DNA from: Acidobacteriaceae bacterium
GTDB lineage: Bacteria; Acidobacteriota; Terriglobia; Terriglobales; Acidobacteriaceae
Direction: 5' to 3'
DNA length: 64,000 bases
NCBI GenBank assembly: GCA_003139095.1
Contig: PLHW01000026.1
Span: 13,602-77,601 of the forward strand
The notes under the pieces: model-generated
Seen by the model: the letters and a program-made list of their open reading frames with translations, nothing else
Told to the model about the DNA's origin: nothing
Databases searched by the model: none
Shown: piece by piece, positions 1 through 10,713 of the stretch
Layout: each line of letters opens with the position of its first letter
How positions within the stretch are numbered: the stretch's first letter is position 1
Position numbers and translations under genes: made by a program

Positions 1-9
1 ACAGAGACC

Positions 10-204
10 ATGAGCCGAAAGCTGGTATGGATTGAACAAGAGCGTTTTCGGGGTTTTGGTTGCTCCGAATGTGGTTGGCGGTTCAACCCCTCTGGTGCGC
101 CCACAGGCGCGTCTTTTGACGAAATGTTGCGCAACTTCGAGTTGCAGCGCGACAAAGAGTTTACATCCCATGTGTGCGCCGATCACTCCAAAGGGGTCGG
201 GTAG
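10..204 (+). CDS. small hypothetical protein, possible Zn-binding (64 aa)
   Basis: Complete ATG ORF MSRKLVWIEQERFRGFGCSECGW...HVCADH with a CxxC plus a distal His/Cys. A strong hairpin terminator follows at 330-364. No family recognised. Confidence 0.45.
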   Translation: MSRKLVWIEQERFRGFGCSECGWRFNPSGAPTGASFDEMLRNFELQRDKEFTSHVCADHSKGVG

Positions 205-329
205 GCACCCACCGGTACGCCACACCAAATCACACCCAATCGTGATGCCTGTCGCTGACGGGCGCGGTTTGGTTGGAGGACTTCCGATGATTGCTGTAAC
301 GAGATTTCACTCGGAACGGCGTTAAAGCG

Positions 330-378
330 AATGCGGGCGACCTGGTTGGTTGGTCGCCCGCATTGGTTTGTGGTTTGC
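330..378. terminator. bidirectional hairpin terminator between convergent genes
   Basis: Perfect 13-bp inverted repeat AATGCGGGCGACC (330-342) / GGTCGCCCGCATT (352-364) with a 9-nt loop, followed by GGTTTGTGGTTTG. Confidence 0.75.
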
Positions 379-428
379 GAATCTACTCTTAGCTACTTTT
401 CGAATTTGCTTCTCGTTAGTTTGCGAAG

Positions 429-2252
429 TTACTCCTGGCCGGTGCCTCCCGCAGCGGCTTCTTGCTGGGCCTGCTGCACGGCCTGGTTGGCTTGGGCTTG
501 CTGATCGGACAGTTCTTTGGAAGCGTCCTGGTCGGGTTGCGGAGCGGGGATGTCGGAGGCTACCGTGCCAGTGTCGGGAGCGGCCGGCATTCCGTTGGTG
601 CCCTGCTTTGCGGCGAGCGCCTTCAGGCCGTTGTTGAGCTGCTCTTCGAAGTGATTGTGCATCTCCATCAGGTCGTCGACGGAGACGGCAATCTGTTTGC
701 CTGCGCCGCATTCTCCACGTTTGCTGGCGGAGACGCTGGCGGTTACGTTGTTGTCGGAGTCAGGCGTATCGGTGAGGCGGGTGATGACGTCGCCGCCGGT
801 GAGCTCGCAGTCCTGTCCATCGGAGACAACGGTGATGGCGTTGTCGACGACGAAGGTGCGGCGAGCGGGATCGAGGGCCGGGGGCACTTGATCGGTGGAG
901 TTAGCCGGGGCCGCGCCCTGATCGGTGACGCCGCCCTGAGTGGGCGCCTGCTGCTGCTGCTCGGCAAGCTGAGCCCTCACCTCTTCGGCGATGGCCTCTT
1001 TCACCTCCGGACTGAGCGTGACCTGCGAGTTTGCGGACTGACCGCCGTTATCCGAATAGTTGGATCCACCCTGATTGGGAGGATAGGGAGCCTGATCGGC
1101 GGCAGCGGCCGTGTCGTATTGCGAGGAGTAGGCCGATTGCAGTTCGGCCGCGATCAGATAATCGGTGAGCCAGAAGGCGGGACCGGCGTAGACCGGGTAG
1201 GGATTCCACCATCCGCCGTAGTAGCCCCACCAGGGCGAGCCGCCCCAACCCCAGCCGCCAACGCCGATTCCCCAGGCGATGGGCGAGCCCCAGGGATGCA
1301 AGCCCCAGCCGTAGAAACCCGGATGGAACCAGACGCCGGGATAGTAACCGTAATACTGGGCGCCGTGATAGAAGTATCCGCGATAAATGCCGGTGCGGTA
1401 GCCGCCGCCGGCGTAGAAGGTGCGGGAGTAGAAGGCGTGGCCGCCGCGATTCATGTAGGCGTGCTGGACGTAGCCGCCTCCGGGACGGTTGACGACGCGG
1501 ACACCGTTATGTTCGCTGATGACGGTGCGTCCGCCGTGAATGTTGTTGCTGATGTGCATGCCATTGCGGTTGACGGAGCGAACCTGGCCGTTGGGACGAA
1601 GAGTGGCCGAGCCCCCGCCGTGGAGAGAGACGGTGCGAGCAGCGGCGTTGTGGCCGACTGCGGCTCCGCGGTTGGCGCCGGCATTGGCGCCGCGGTTGGC
1701 GCCGGCATTGGCGCCGCGATTGGCGCCTGCATTGCCGCCGCGATTGGCGCCCGCGTTGCCGCCACGATTGGCGCCGGCGTTGCCGCCGCGATTGGCGCCG
1801 GCGTTGCCGCCGCGGTTGGCGCCGGCGTTGCCACCGCGATTGCCGGCGTTGCCGGGACGGGAGGCGTTGCCCGCTTCGTTGCGCGCGGGTCCGCCGGGAC
1901 GGGAACTGGCAGCATGGCCTTCGTTGCCGCGATTTTGTGGTCTGCTGGCGGCGTGACCTTCGTTGCCGCGATTTTCACGAGCGGCAGGGGCGTGTGCTGC
2001 GCCTTCGTGGGCGCCGCCTGCGGCGTGGCTGGGACCGGCGTGAGACTCGCCGCCGGCGTGGCTCGGAGCGGCATGGGCTTGCCCGCCGTGACTCTGACCG
2101 CCATGAGATTGGGCCTCGTGGCCTCCGCCGCTGTGCTGGGAGGATCCTTTTGATTCGTGCTGCTCGGCGGCCAATGCTGAGATCGGCATCAGGGCCAGAG
2201 CCAGGACTAAGGTTGACTTCAATACGAGATTGCTAGTGGTGCGAAAATTCAT
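429..2252 (-). CDS. secreted low-complexity protein: His/Gly-rich region, (GNAGANRG)n array, Trp/Tyr/Gly-rich block
   Basis: ORF 429-2456 trimmed to the ATG at 2252, which opens a signal peptide (MNFRTTSNLVLKSTLVLALALMPISALAAEQ). Contains an aromatic-Gly block WGWGGSPWWGYYGGWWNPYP and a Gln/Ala-rich C-terminal part. Function unknown. Confidence 0.75.
   Translation of the reverse strand: MNFRTTSNLVLKSTLVLALALMPISALAAEQHESKGSSQHSGGGHEAQSHGGQSHGGQAHAAPSHAGGESHAGPSHAAGGAHEGAAHAPAARENRGNEGHAASRPQNRGNEGHAASSRPGGPARNEAGNASRPGNAGNRGGNAGANRGGNAGANRGGNAGANRGGNAGANRGGNAGANRGANAGANRGANAGANRGAAVGHNAAARTVSLHGGGSATLRPNGQVRSVNRNGMHISNNIHGGRTVISEHNGVRVVNRPGGGYVQHAYMNRGGHAFYSRTFYAGGGYRTGIYRGYFYHGAQYYGYYPGVWFHPGFYGWGLHPWGSPIAWGIGVGGWGWGGSPWWGYYGGWWNPYPVYAGPAFWLTDYLIAAELQSAYSSQYDTAAAADQAPYPPNQGGSNYSDNGGQSANSQVTLSPEVKEAIAEEVRAQLAEQQQQAPTQGGVTDQGAAPANSTDQVPPALDPARRTFVVDNAITVVSDGQDCELTGGDVITRLTDTPDSDNNVTASVSASKRGECGAGKQIAVSVDDLMEMHNHFEEQLNNGLKALAAKQGTNGMPAAPDTGTVASDIPAPQPDQDASKELSDQQAQANQAVQQAQQEAAAGGTGQE
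1668..1853 (-). repeat. in-frame 24-bp tandem repeat, about 7.75 copies
   Basis: Head-to-tail units GCGRTTGGCGCCGGCRTTGCCGCC at 1668, 1692, 1716, 1740, 1764, 1788 and 1812, plus a partial unit at 1836. They encode the 8-aa unit GNAGANRG on the minus strand. Confidence 0.9.
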
Positions 2253-2566
2253 CACGCCCTCCGGAAATTTTATAAGCCTTTCGATATTCGGCGATTCCAG
2301 CAGGCTTCGCCTGCGCGTTGCGGAACCGGCATACCTCTTTGCTCTTACATCTCTTCCATGGTGAACCAATGCATGGGGGAAGTCTCTCGGCCATTTTTGA
2401 GCCGGTATATATCTTTTAACCCTGCAAAACGGGTTTGGTTGTGCAATAAAGCACACTTATCTTATTAGTTAAGATGACCGGAAAGCGTGTTGCGGTGCGG
2501 CGGACAGAGGCACGGGGCAGACTATTTGGATGCGCGGCGGCGGAAACGGGGAAAAATGAGTACGGT

Positions 2567-3847
2567 CTATCTTCCGGTGGCGTGCCAGATGGTGCCGGGA
2601 GATTGATAATTCAGGCCTTCGCCCCAGACGAGGTGAGTGTCGCCGAGGCTATCGATGGCCATTCCGAAGTAATCGCCGAAGGGGAAGCGGAAGCCGTCTT
2701 TCTTGATGTAGGAGTAGCCGGGAACGTAGGTGGAGACGCGGGATTCGTCGGTCCAGGTAGCGCCGCCGTTGCTGGAACTGCGGTAGTAGGTGTTCCAGTA
2801 GGGAGTGTTGCGGGAATCCATCCAGGCGATGCGGACATCGCCGGCATTGCCCGCGACGATGGCGGGAAATGCGTCTTCGGTGTCAGCCGAGGCGGACGAG
2901 ACGGCGATGCGGGGGAGCCAGTTTTCTCCGCCGTTGGTGGAGGAAGAAAAATAAATTTGCTGCGGGCCGAGGGAGGCGTGGCCGGCGCTCCAAAGGGCGT
3001 AGAGAGTGCCGTCGCTATCGGAGGCGAGAGCGATTTGCGCGCCTAAGTAGGCCTCGCCGCACTCTTCCTCTTGGCAACCGGGAGCGGCGGGAGAGACGTC
3101 GAGCGACTTGGAGGACCAGGTTTTGCCGGCGTCGGAGGACTTGGACACAAAAAGATTGACTGAACCACGCGCGCCGCCTGCTTTGGAGTAAGAAGCCCAG
3201 GCGAGATAAGCGTTGCCGGCGGGATCGACGGTGGCGGAACCGAGGAGCGACCAGCCGGGGCGATTGTCGGCATTGACGCGGGCGGGCGTGAAGCTGCGGC
3301 CGCCATCTTGCGAGGCGGTGACCCACACCTGCTCTTCGTGATTGAAAGCGAGATAGACGTTCTGGCCGCGGACGGCGAGGGCAGGCTTGTCGAGTTCTTC
3401 GTCGCTGCGGGCGGCGATGGTAAACGACCAGGTGGCGCCGGAATCGACGGACTTGGCGAGCATGACCTCGCGCTTTTTGTTTTCGAGCCAGGCGGCATAG
3501 ACAGTCCGGCGGTCAACGGGATCGACGGCGATCTGGGCATCGAATTGGCCGGAGCCGGAGGCGAACATGACATGGGGACGCTGCCAGGTCTTGCCGTTAT
3601 CGGCGCTGACGACGAGGAGCATGGTCGGGATGCGGCAGGCCGCGCAGCCGGGAACTTTACCGTAGTGCGGGTAAAGGGCGAAGACATGGCCGGAGGCGTC
3701 GGCGGCAACGGCGGGCTCCCATTGATCGCCGGTGAGAAAGCCGATGCGGCGCTGACTCGTGAACTGCGCTGGGGCGGCCCAGGCGGGCGCGGCGAGGGCA
3801 AATGCCACGAGCATCAGAAAGACGAGTTTGGAGTAGAGTGCGCGCAC
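2567..3847 (-). CDS. secreted BNR/Asp-box repeat protein (sialidase-like beta-propeller)
   Basis: Signal peptide MRALYSKLVFLMLVAFALAAPAWA. Six SxDxGxTW-type Asp boxes (SADNGKTW, SVDSGATW, SQDGGRSF, SSDAGKTW, SSTNGGENW, SSNGGATW). Confidence 0.8.
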   Translation of the reverse strand: MRALYSKLVFLMLVAFALAAPAWAAPAQFTSQRRIGFLTGDQWEPAVAADASGHVFALYPHYGKVPGCAACRIPTMLLVVSADNGKTWQRPHVMFASGSGQFDAQIAVDPVDRRTVYAAWLENKKREVMLAKSVDSGATWSFTIAARSDEELDKPALAVRGQNVYLAFNHEEQVWVTASQDGGRSFTPARVNADNRPGWSLLGSATVDPAGNAYLAWASYSKAGGARGSVNLFVSKSSDAGKTWSSKSLDVSPAAPGCQEEECGEAYLGAQIALASDSDGTLYALWSAGHASLGPQQIYFSSSTNGGENWLPRIAVSSASADTEDAFPAIVAGNAGDVRIAWMDSRNTPYWNTYYRSSSNGGATWTDESRVSTYVPGYSYIKKDGFRFPFGDYFGMAIDSLGDTHLVWGEGLNYQSPGTIWHATGR

Positions 3848-4005
3848 TATATTTTGGGCCTGCGATCAGGGCTGGGGGCGGAGACTGGAACCCTGCATTG
3901 AACTTTACCCTGTGTCGGGGCGGCGGTCAACGGGGGATGATGGGGGACAGGGACCTTCGATTGGGGGCTATATTCGGGGGAGGATGGTAGAACATTGAAA
4001 TTGGC

Positions 4006-4215
4006 GTGAAGATCAAGAACCAAGGCCGGGGCAAACGGGGCGACCTCGCGCGAAGGTTGCTAGAAATTGGAAAAGACTGCGCCGCGCATCTTAAGACGCC
4101 ATCCCTTTCGGTAGATCACGGCTCTCTGCTGTACGGCGAGAACGGGTTGTGCGACGATCCGGTCGAGAGAGTCAGGCGGCGGGGAAAAGCCCACGCATCG
4201 CAACGAACGCGATGA
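4006..4215 (+). pseudogene. possible relic of a VapB-type antitoxin (C-terminal half only)
   Basis: GTG ORF. LARRLLEIGKDCAAHLKTPSLSVDHGSLLYGENGL resembles, from memory, the C-terminal half of PSK/Rv0623-type VapB (..EIGRRCAALP..D.R..DEILGYDE.GLP). An in-frame TAG at 3988-3990 cuts off the N-terminal half, and no PIN ORF follows. Confidence 0.3.
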
Positions 4216-4288
4216 GTCTGGCACCCGCCGGGTCGCGCCCGCGCGATTGCCTTATTAACCCACCCCAATTATTTGCATCAAGAATCTG

Positions 4289-5035
4289 TCAGCACTCGGC
4301 GGTCAGAAGGATGGGAGCGCCGGCGGTGATGACGAGGGTGTGCTCGAAGTGGGCGGAGAGGGATTGATCGGTGGTGCGGAGGGTCCAGCCGTCTTTGGCG
4401 GTGAAGATGCGGCCGGAACCGGCCGAGATGATGGGCTCGACGGTGATGACCAGGCCTTCGTGCATGATCTGGCGGGCCTGCGGGTCGGGATAATTGGGGA
4501 CGTGGGGCTGTTCGTGGATGGTGCGGCCGATGCCATGGCCGCCGAGTTCTCGAATGACGGCGAAACCGGACTTGCGGACTTCGTGCTCGACGACTTTGCC
4601 AATCTCAAAAACGCGGAAGCCGGCGCGGGCGACGAGCATGGCCTTGTGAAAGGCGCGCTCGGCGCATTGCATTAACTGCTCGGCCTTTTCGCTGACGGCG
4701 CCGACCGGAACGGTGATGGCCGCGTCAGCCATGAAGCCATCCTTTTCGACAGTGACATCGAGTTTGACGAGGTCGCCGTCCTTGAGCGCGCGATCGCCGG
4801 GGATGCCGTGGACGGCTTCGTCATTCAGGCTGATGCAGCTGGCTCCGGGAAATTTGTAGACCATGCGGGGAGCGGATTGCGCGCCGTTATCCTGCATGAC
4901 GCGGGCGCCGACGTGGTCGAGGTATTGGGTGGTGACGCCGGGACGAACCTCGGCCTTCATGGCGTCGATGACCTGGCGGACAATGCGGCCGACCGATTTC
5001 AGATGCGCGAGTTCCTGCTCGTCCTGGATGCTCAT
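4289..5035 (-). CDS. map: type I methionine aminopeptidase
   Basis: 248 aa with a typical MetAP-I sequence (..HGIPGDRALKDGDLVKLDV..GFMADAA..GHGIGRTIHEQP..EPIIS..). Full length. Confidence 0.95.
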   Translation of the reverse strand: MSIQDEQELAHLKSVGRIVRQVIDAMKAEVRPGVTTQYLDHVGARVMQDNGAQSAPRMVYKFPGASCISLNDEAVHGIPGDRALKDGDLVKLDVTVEKDGFMADAAITVPVGAVSEKAEQLMQCAERAFHKAMLVARAGFRVFEIGKVVEHEVRKSGFAVIRELGGHGIGRTIHEQPHVPNYPDPQARQIMHEGLVITVEPIISAGSGRIFTAKDGWTLRTTDQSLSAHFEHTLVITAGAPILLTAEC

Positions 5036-5149
5036 GGGTCCGTACGATTAACGGAATCACTTTACCAGCTTACTCGACTCAGAAGTGTGATGGACGGGCC
5101 GATCGCGGTGCGGCGCCTGAACACTTGTTCAAGAGTCTGCGCGAATGGC

Positions 5150-5179
5150 CGAGAAACGACCGCAGCCCCTTGAAAGGGG
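5150..5179 (-). terminator. weak hairpin terminator after ORF 5194-5601
   Basis: On the minus strand, CCCCT-TTCA-AGGGG (5166-5179) is followed by CTGCGGTCGTTTCTCGG. Short stem. Confidence 0.3.
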
Positions 5180-5193
5180 AGGCATGAGAGGTC

Positions 5194-5601
5194 TCACAGA
5201 TAACGTTCGAATTCGCAGCCGGTGGAGACGGCGCGCGCAGTTGGCGTTGGGATGTCGGACTGGCCGCGACGAATGCGCTTGGAAGGCGGATTTTTTCTCA
5301 GCGTTATGCGGTGAAGGCGAGAGGTCCAACGCTGCCACCATTTGACGAACTCTTCGTTGCCTTCGACCTTGTTGACTAAGGGTCCGTCGATGCTTTGGGG
5401 ATTGGGACTGCCGACTTCGCTGGGGCTTCGGTCGAGCGTGGATTCTTCGGCGCGTTTGTCCAGACCATAGTCAGGCATGTGGGCATTGTCACTTGCTTTG
5501 CGCCAGAGGTCGATACACGAAAGTATGGAGATGAATCCGCAAAATACCGCAGCGGCGGGAAGATGAGCAGGGCCGTTTCGCGCGTGGTTCTTAATTTTCA
5601 C
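5194..5601 (-). CDS. hypothetical protein (135 aa), one possible TM segment
   Basis: GTG ORF MKIKNHARNGPAHLPAAAVFCGFISILSCIDLW... with a weak terminator downstream. No family recognised, and it could be non-coding. Confidence 0.3.
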   Translation of the reverse strand: MKIKNHARNGPAHLPAAAVFCGFISILSCIDLWRKASDNAHMPDYGLDKRAEESTLDRSPSEVGSPNPQSIDGPLVNKVEGNEEFVKWWQRWTSRLHRITLRKNPPSKRIRRGQSDIPTPTARAVSTGCEFERYL

Positions 5602-5855
5602 CGCGGAGGCGCGGAGACACGGAGAAAATTTTTTGACGGGATTGACTGACTGCTAAATCGGGCGCGGCTGGAAGAATCCTCGCGGATGCGTTTGGTTTGC
5701 TTTTTATTCGCCCTCCGTGCATAGTATGAATGCGAATGGATGGGGTTTATTCGCTGGCATAGCCGGCGCCTTGGAGGCATCGACGGAAGGTCCCACGAGA
5801 AATTCACAGTTAGTCCGGGATTTCCGCGCGACGCACAGGCGAAAGACAGATTACG

Positions 5856-7250
5856 ATGCAACGCACTCACCTGAACATCGTGGCGACCATCGACAGCAAC
5901 ATCGGACGCATGCCGGCGAACATCGACGCGGAGCGATCCATTCTGGGCGCGATCTTGCTCGACAACCATCATTTCTACGAGGCGTCGGAGCATCTGCGGC
6001 CGGAGGACTTTTCGCTGGATGCCCACCGGCGGATTTACGCGCGCATGATGGAGTTGTCGGAGGCGTCGCGGCCGATTGACCACATTACGCTGGTGGCGGA
6101 ACTGGACCGGAACAAAGACCTCCAGGCGATCGGCGATGTGGGCTACATTTCGAGCCTGTTGGATGGCGTGCCGGACCGGCCGAGCATCGACCACTACGTG
6201 CGCATGGTGCGGGACAAGGCGATCCTGCGCGGGCTGATCAGCGTGGCGAGCGCCGCGATCGGTAAAGCGAGCGAGCAGGCCGACGATGCGGACGACATTC
6301 TGAACGAAGCCGAGGCGTCGATTTTTGCGCTGTCGGAAAAGCGCATTGGACAAGGCTTTCAGCGCATCAGCGAGACGATCCGCGACTCGGGGGGAATCGA
6401 TGCGTTCATGCAGCGGGGCCAGCGGATCACGGGCCTGGAGACGCATTTCACCGAACTGGACGAACTGACGAGCGGGTTTCAGAAATCGGACCTAGTGATT
6501 CTGGCGGCGCGGCCGTCGATGGGGAAAACGTCGTTCGCGATGAATATTGCGGAGAATGCGGCGATTGACGACGGGAAAACGGTCGGCATTTTTTCGCTGG
6601 AAATGTCGAAGGAGGCGCTGCTGCAACGGCTGCTGAGTTCACGGGCGATTATTGACGCGCACAAGCTGCGAACGGGATCGCTGTGGAAGGACGACAAGGA
6701 AAAATTGCTGCGCGCGGCGGCGGAACTGGCGGAGGCGCCGCTGTTTATCGACGACACGGCGGGCATCACGCTGAGCGAAATGCGAGCCAAGGCGCGGCGG
6801 CTGAAGCAGTCGCAGGGGGCGCTGGACCTGATCGTGGTCGACTATTTGCAGTTGATGTCGGGGGGGAGCAAGCGGTTTGAAAACCGGACGCAGGAAGTGT
6901 CGGCGATTTCGCGCGGGCTGAAAGCGATTGCGAAGGAGTTGCAGGTGCCGGTGGTGGCGCTCTCGCAGCTGAGCCGCGCGCCAGAGAGCCGCGGCGGCGA
7001 CCATCGGCCGCAGCTCAGCGATTTGCGCGAGTCGGGATCGATTGAGCAGGACGCCGACGTGGTGATGTTTATTTTCCGCGAGGAGATCTATAAGCCCGAC
7101 GACATGGAGCTGAAGGGCCGGGCAGAGATCATTATGGCCAAGCAGCGCAATGGACCGATTGGCAGGTTTCATCTCGCGTTCATGCACAATTCCACGCGCT
7201 TCGCCAACCTGGCGAGCGGCAACAACGAGCCGGGCGGAATGGTGCAGTAA
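5856..7250 (+). CDS. dnaB: replicative DNA helicase DnaB
   Basis: N-terminal AERSILGAILLD.., Walker A ARPSMGKTSFAMN, Walker B LIVVDYLQLM, and ..SQLSRAPE..SDLRESGSIEQDADVV. An alternative start at 5910 (MPANID) is possible. No intein. Confidence 0.95.
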   Translation: MQRTHLNIVATIDSNIGRMPANIDAERSILGAILLDNHHFYEASEHLRPEDFSLDAHRRIYARMMELSEASRPIDHITLVAELDRNKDLQAIGDVGYISSLLDGVPDRPSIDHYVRMVRDKAILRGLISVASAAIGKASEQADDADDILNEAEASIFALSEKRIGQGFQRISETIRDSGGIDAFMQRGQRITGLETHFTELDELTSGFQKSDLVILAARPSMGKTSFAMNIAENAAIDDGKTVGIFSLEMSKEALLQRLLSSRAIIDAHKLRTGSLWKDDKEKLLRAAAELAEAPLFIDDTAGITLSEMRAKARRLKQSQGALDLIVVDYLQLMSGGSKRFENRTQEVSAISRGLKAIAKELQVPVVALSQLSRAPESRGGDHRPQLSDLRESGSIEQDADVVMFIFREEIYKPDDMELKGRAEIIMAKQRNGPIGRFHLAFMHNSTRFANLASGNNEPGGMVQ

Positions 7251-7604
7251 GGCTTGCCGTCCAAAACGGGACAGCGCGGACCTCGACAGCATGCGCCTGT
7301 GGAAAACACTGTGGATCACAGGCTCCTCTCTTCGTAACACTCTTCGATGCCTGCTAGGAAAGACTGTTGCGCGCGGGCGAAAATTTGGCTAACGCTATGT
7401 TTCTAAGTTGGTTAACGGTGCGATGCGCGGCGGAGGGGGAAGCGTTCCACAAGCCGCACTCTCGTTCCGAAATTGGGGATTTGCACATACCACAAAGACA
7501 GTAGACGCAAATTCCAAGTCAATGAACGCCTTTGCGCCCACGGCCAAGCTCGCTGACGCCACTGATCGCCGCTTGTCGGGTCGGCTGTGTCGACGCGTCG
7601 CGGC

Positions 7605-7633
7605 TTGACAACCCACGTGTCCGCGATCAGTAT
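7605..7633 (+). promoter_or_regulatory. candidate sigma-70 promoter
   Basis: TTGACA (7605-7610), 17-nt spacer, CAGTAT (7628-7633), about 90 nt upstream of the ATG at 7720. Confidence 0.3.
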
Positions 7634-7719
7634 TGCCTCCCAACAAAGCCGCTGCGACCGGGGACGGCTTCTGCGCTGCACCCAAATCGGGCGCGTTAAA
7701 AAATCTGGAGGAAAACAAA

Positions 7720-8466
7720 ATGCGTTTCCAAGTCTCTGTGCTCTCAATTTTTCTGTGGGCGACGATGGTGGCGGCGGCGCCCGCGTCGGCGGTCTGTTCC
7801 GACGCGACTCTCAAAGGCGTTTACGGTTATTACCATGGAAGGCCGGGGGGAGGCGCGACGATTACCGCTGTCGTCGGCCAGATCACCTCCGATGGAGCGG
7901 GAAACCTGAGTGGTTTTTGGACGATGAGCCAGAACGGCGTTATTTCGAACGGCAGCTTCGACGGCACCTATTCGATCGCCGGCAACTGCACGGGTTCGAT
8001 GACTTTCGCCACGGAGGATACGACCAACGCCCACTTCAGCGTCGTTCTTGACGATAGCCACAAGGGATTTCAGATGATTCAGACCGACAACGGTTTTGCG
8101 CAACCAGGCTTCGGCTTGGCGCAGGGCACAGCCCCTTGCGGACTGACCGGGGTCAAAGCGACGTTTGCGACGAACTTCCTCGGCACGCTTTTCCCGGGCG
8201 ACACCGTGGAGGCAATTGTGGGGCAGATAAACTTGAACGGACTTGGAAGCATTACCGGCAACACCGAAACCTCCAGTGTGGCCGGCACGATCACCGTTTC
8301 CCCCGTGACGGGAAACTACAACGAAGGAAGCGACTGCCGGGGCACGGCGCAGATCATTGGTGCTACAACGATGAACTTCAATACGGTCGTGGTGAATAAC
8401 GGGAAAGAAGTGATCATGATCGAAACCGACAACAACACACTGGTAGCCGGGACTGCGCAGCAGTAA
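7720..8466 (+). CDS. secreted hypothetical protein made of two related ~110-aa halves
   Basis: ORF trimmed to the ATG at 7720, preceded by GGAGGA. Signal peptide MRFQVSVLSIFLWATMVAAAPASA. Two halves share C..G.Y......VGQI...G.G...G......G.Y....C.G pattern. Confidence 0.65.
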   Translation: MRFQVSVLSIFLWATMVAAAPASAVCSDATLKGVYGYYHGRPGGGATITAVVGQITSDGAGNLSGFWTMSQNGVISNGSFDGTYSIAGNCTGSMTFATEDTTNAHFSVVLDDSHKGFQMIQTDNGFAQPGFGLAQGTAPCGLTGVKATFATNFLGTLFPGDTVEAIVGQINLNGLGSITGNTETSSVAGTITVSPVTGNYNEGSDCRGTAQIIGATTMNFNTVVVNNGKEVIMIETDNNTLVAGTAQQ

Positions 8467-8586
8467 TAAATAACGCGAGTCCTGCCGGTCTGAAGGCCAG
8501 CTTGCATTTAAAACCGCTCTGCGGGTCGCGGCGACGGTCCTGAATCAGAAGAGTGGCTAAATGGCCTTTGTCGTGACCATTTCTAG

Positions 8587-10395
<1,809 letters not shown>

Positions 10396-10551
10396 GAGGA
10401 CACCTCGATTTTAACAGGCGGCGGAGGGTGGGCCTGGAAAGCGGATGCGGCGTGGTCCCGACATCGTGCCGGCGCGGTGAAACTTTTCGGCTTCACGAAT
10501 TGAAAAAAATTCGCTTTCGCAGAGGCCGGGGGGCAGGTCTACAATGTCCCC

Positions 10552-10713
10552 GTGGCCACCCCCGCCTCCACCAAGCCGCCGGCTGATGAGAAGCATCGCC
10601 ATCGCCATACTCTTTATGCCGCGGAAGCGAGCGGGCTGCTGCTGATCGCGGTTGTGCTTCTGATTCTGTGCGTCGTCCGCTACTGGCAATACATTAATTG
10701 GAGCGCCCGCTGA
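10552..10713 (+). CDS. possible small membrane protein (53 aa), not in the ORF track
   Basis: GTG ORF VATPASTKPPADEKHRHRHTLYAAEASGLLLIAVVLLILCVVRYWQYINWSAR with one clear TM helix. Its stop overlaps the TTG start of the miaA ORF. Below the 60-aa track cutoff. Confidence 0.25.
   Translation: MATPASTKPPADEKHRHRHTLYAAEASGLLLIAVVLLILCVVRYWQYINWSAR

Noticed and set aside
462-2153. 563-aa ORF on the plus strand
   Set aside because: It is entirely antisense to the signal-peptide-bearing gene at 429-2252. Its composition is Gly/Ala/Val-rich, which mirrors the repeat on the other strand. This is a typical high-GC shadow ORF.
4006-5601. Inverted 17-mer GTGAARATYAAGAACCA at 4006-4022(+) and 5601-5585(-), which gives two ORFs the same MKIKN start and flanks map
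   Set aside because: Similarity does not extend beyond 17 nt (15/17 identical). By a rough estimate, many such pairs are expected by chance in 64 kb. There are no other mobile-element hallmarks.
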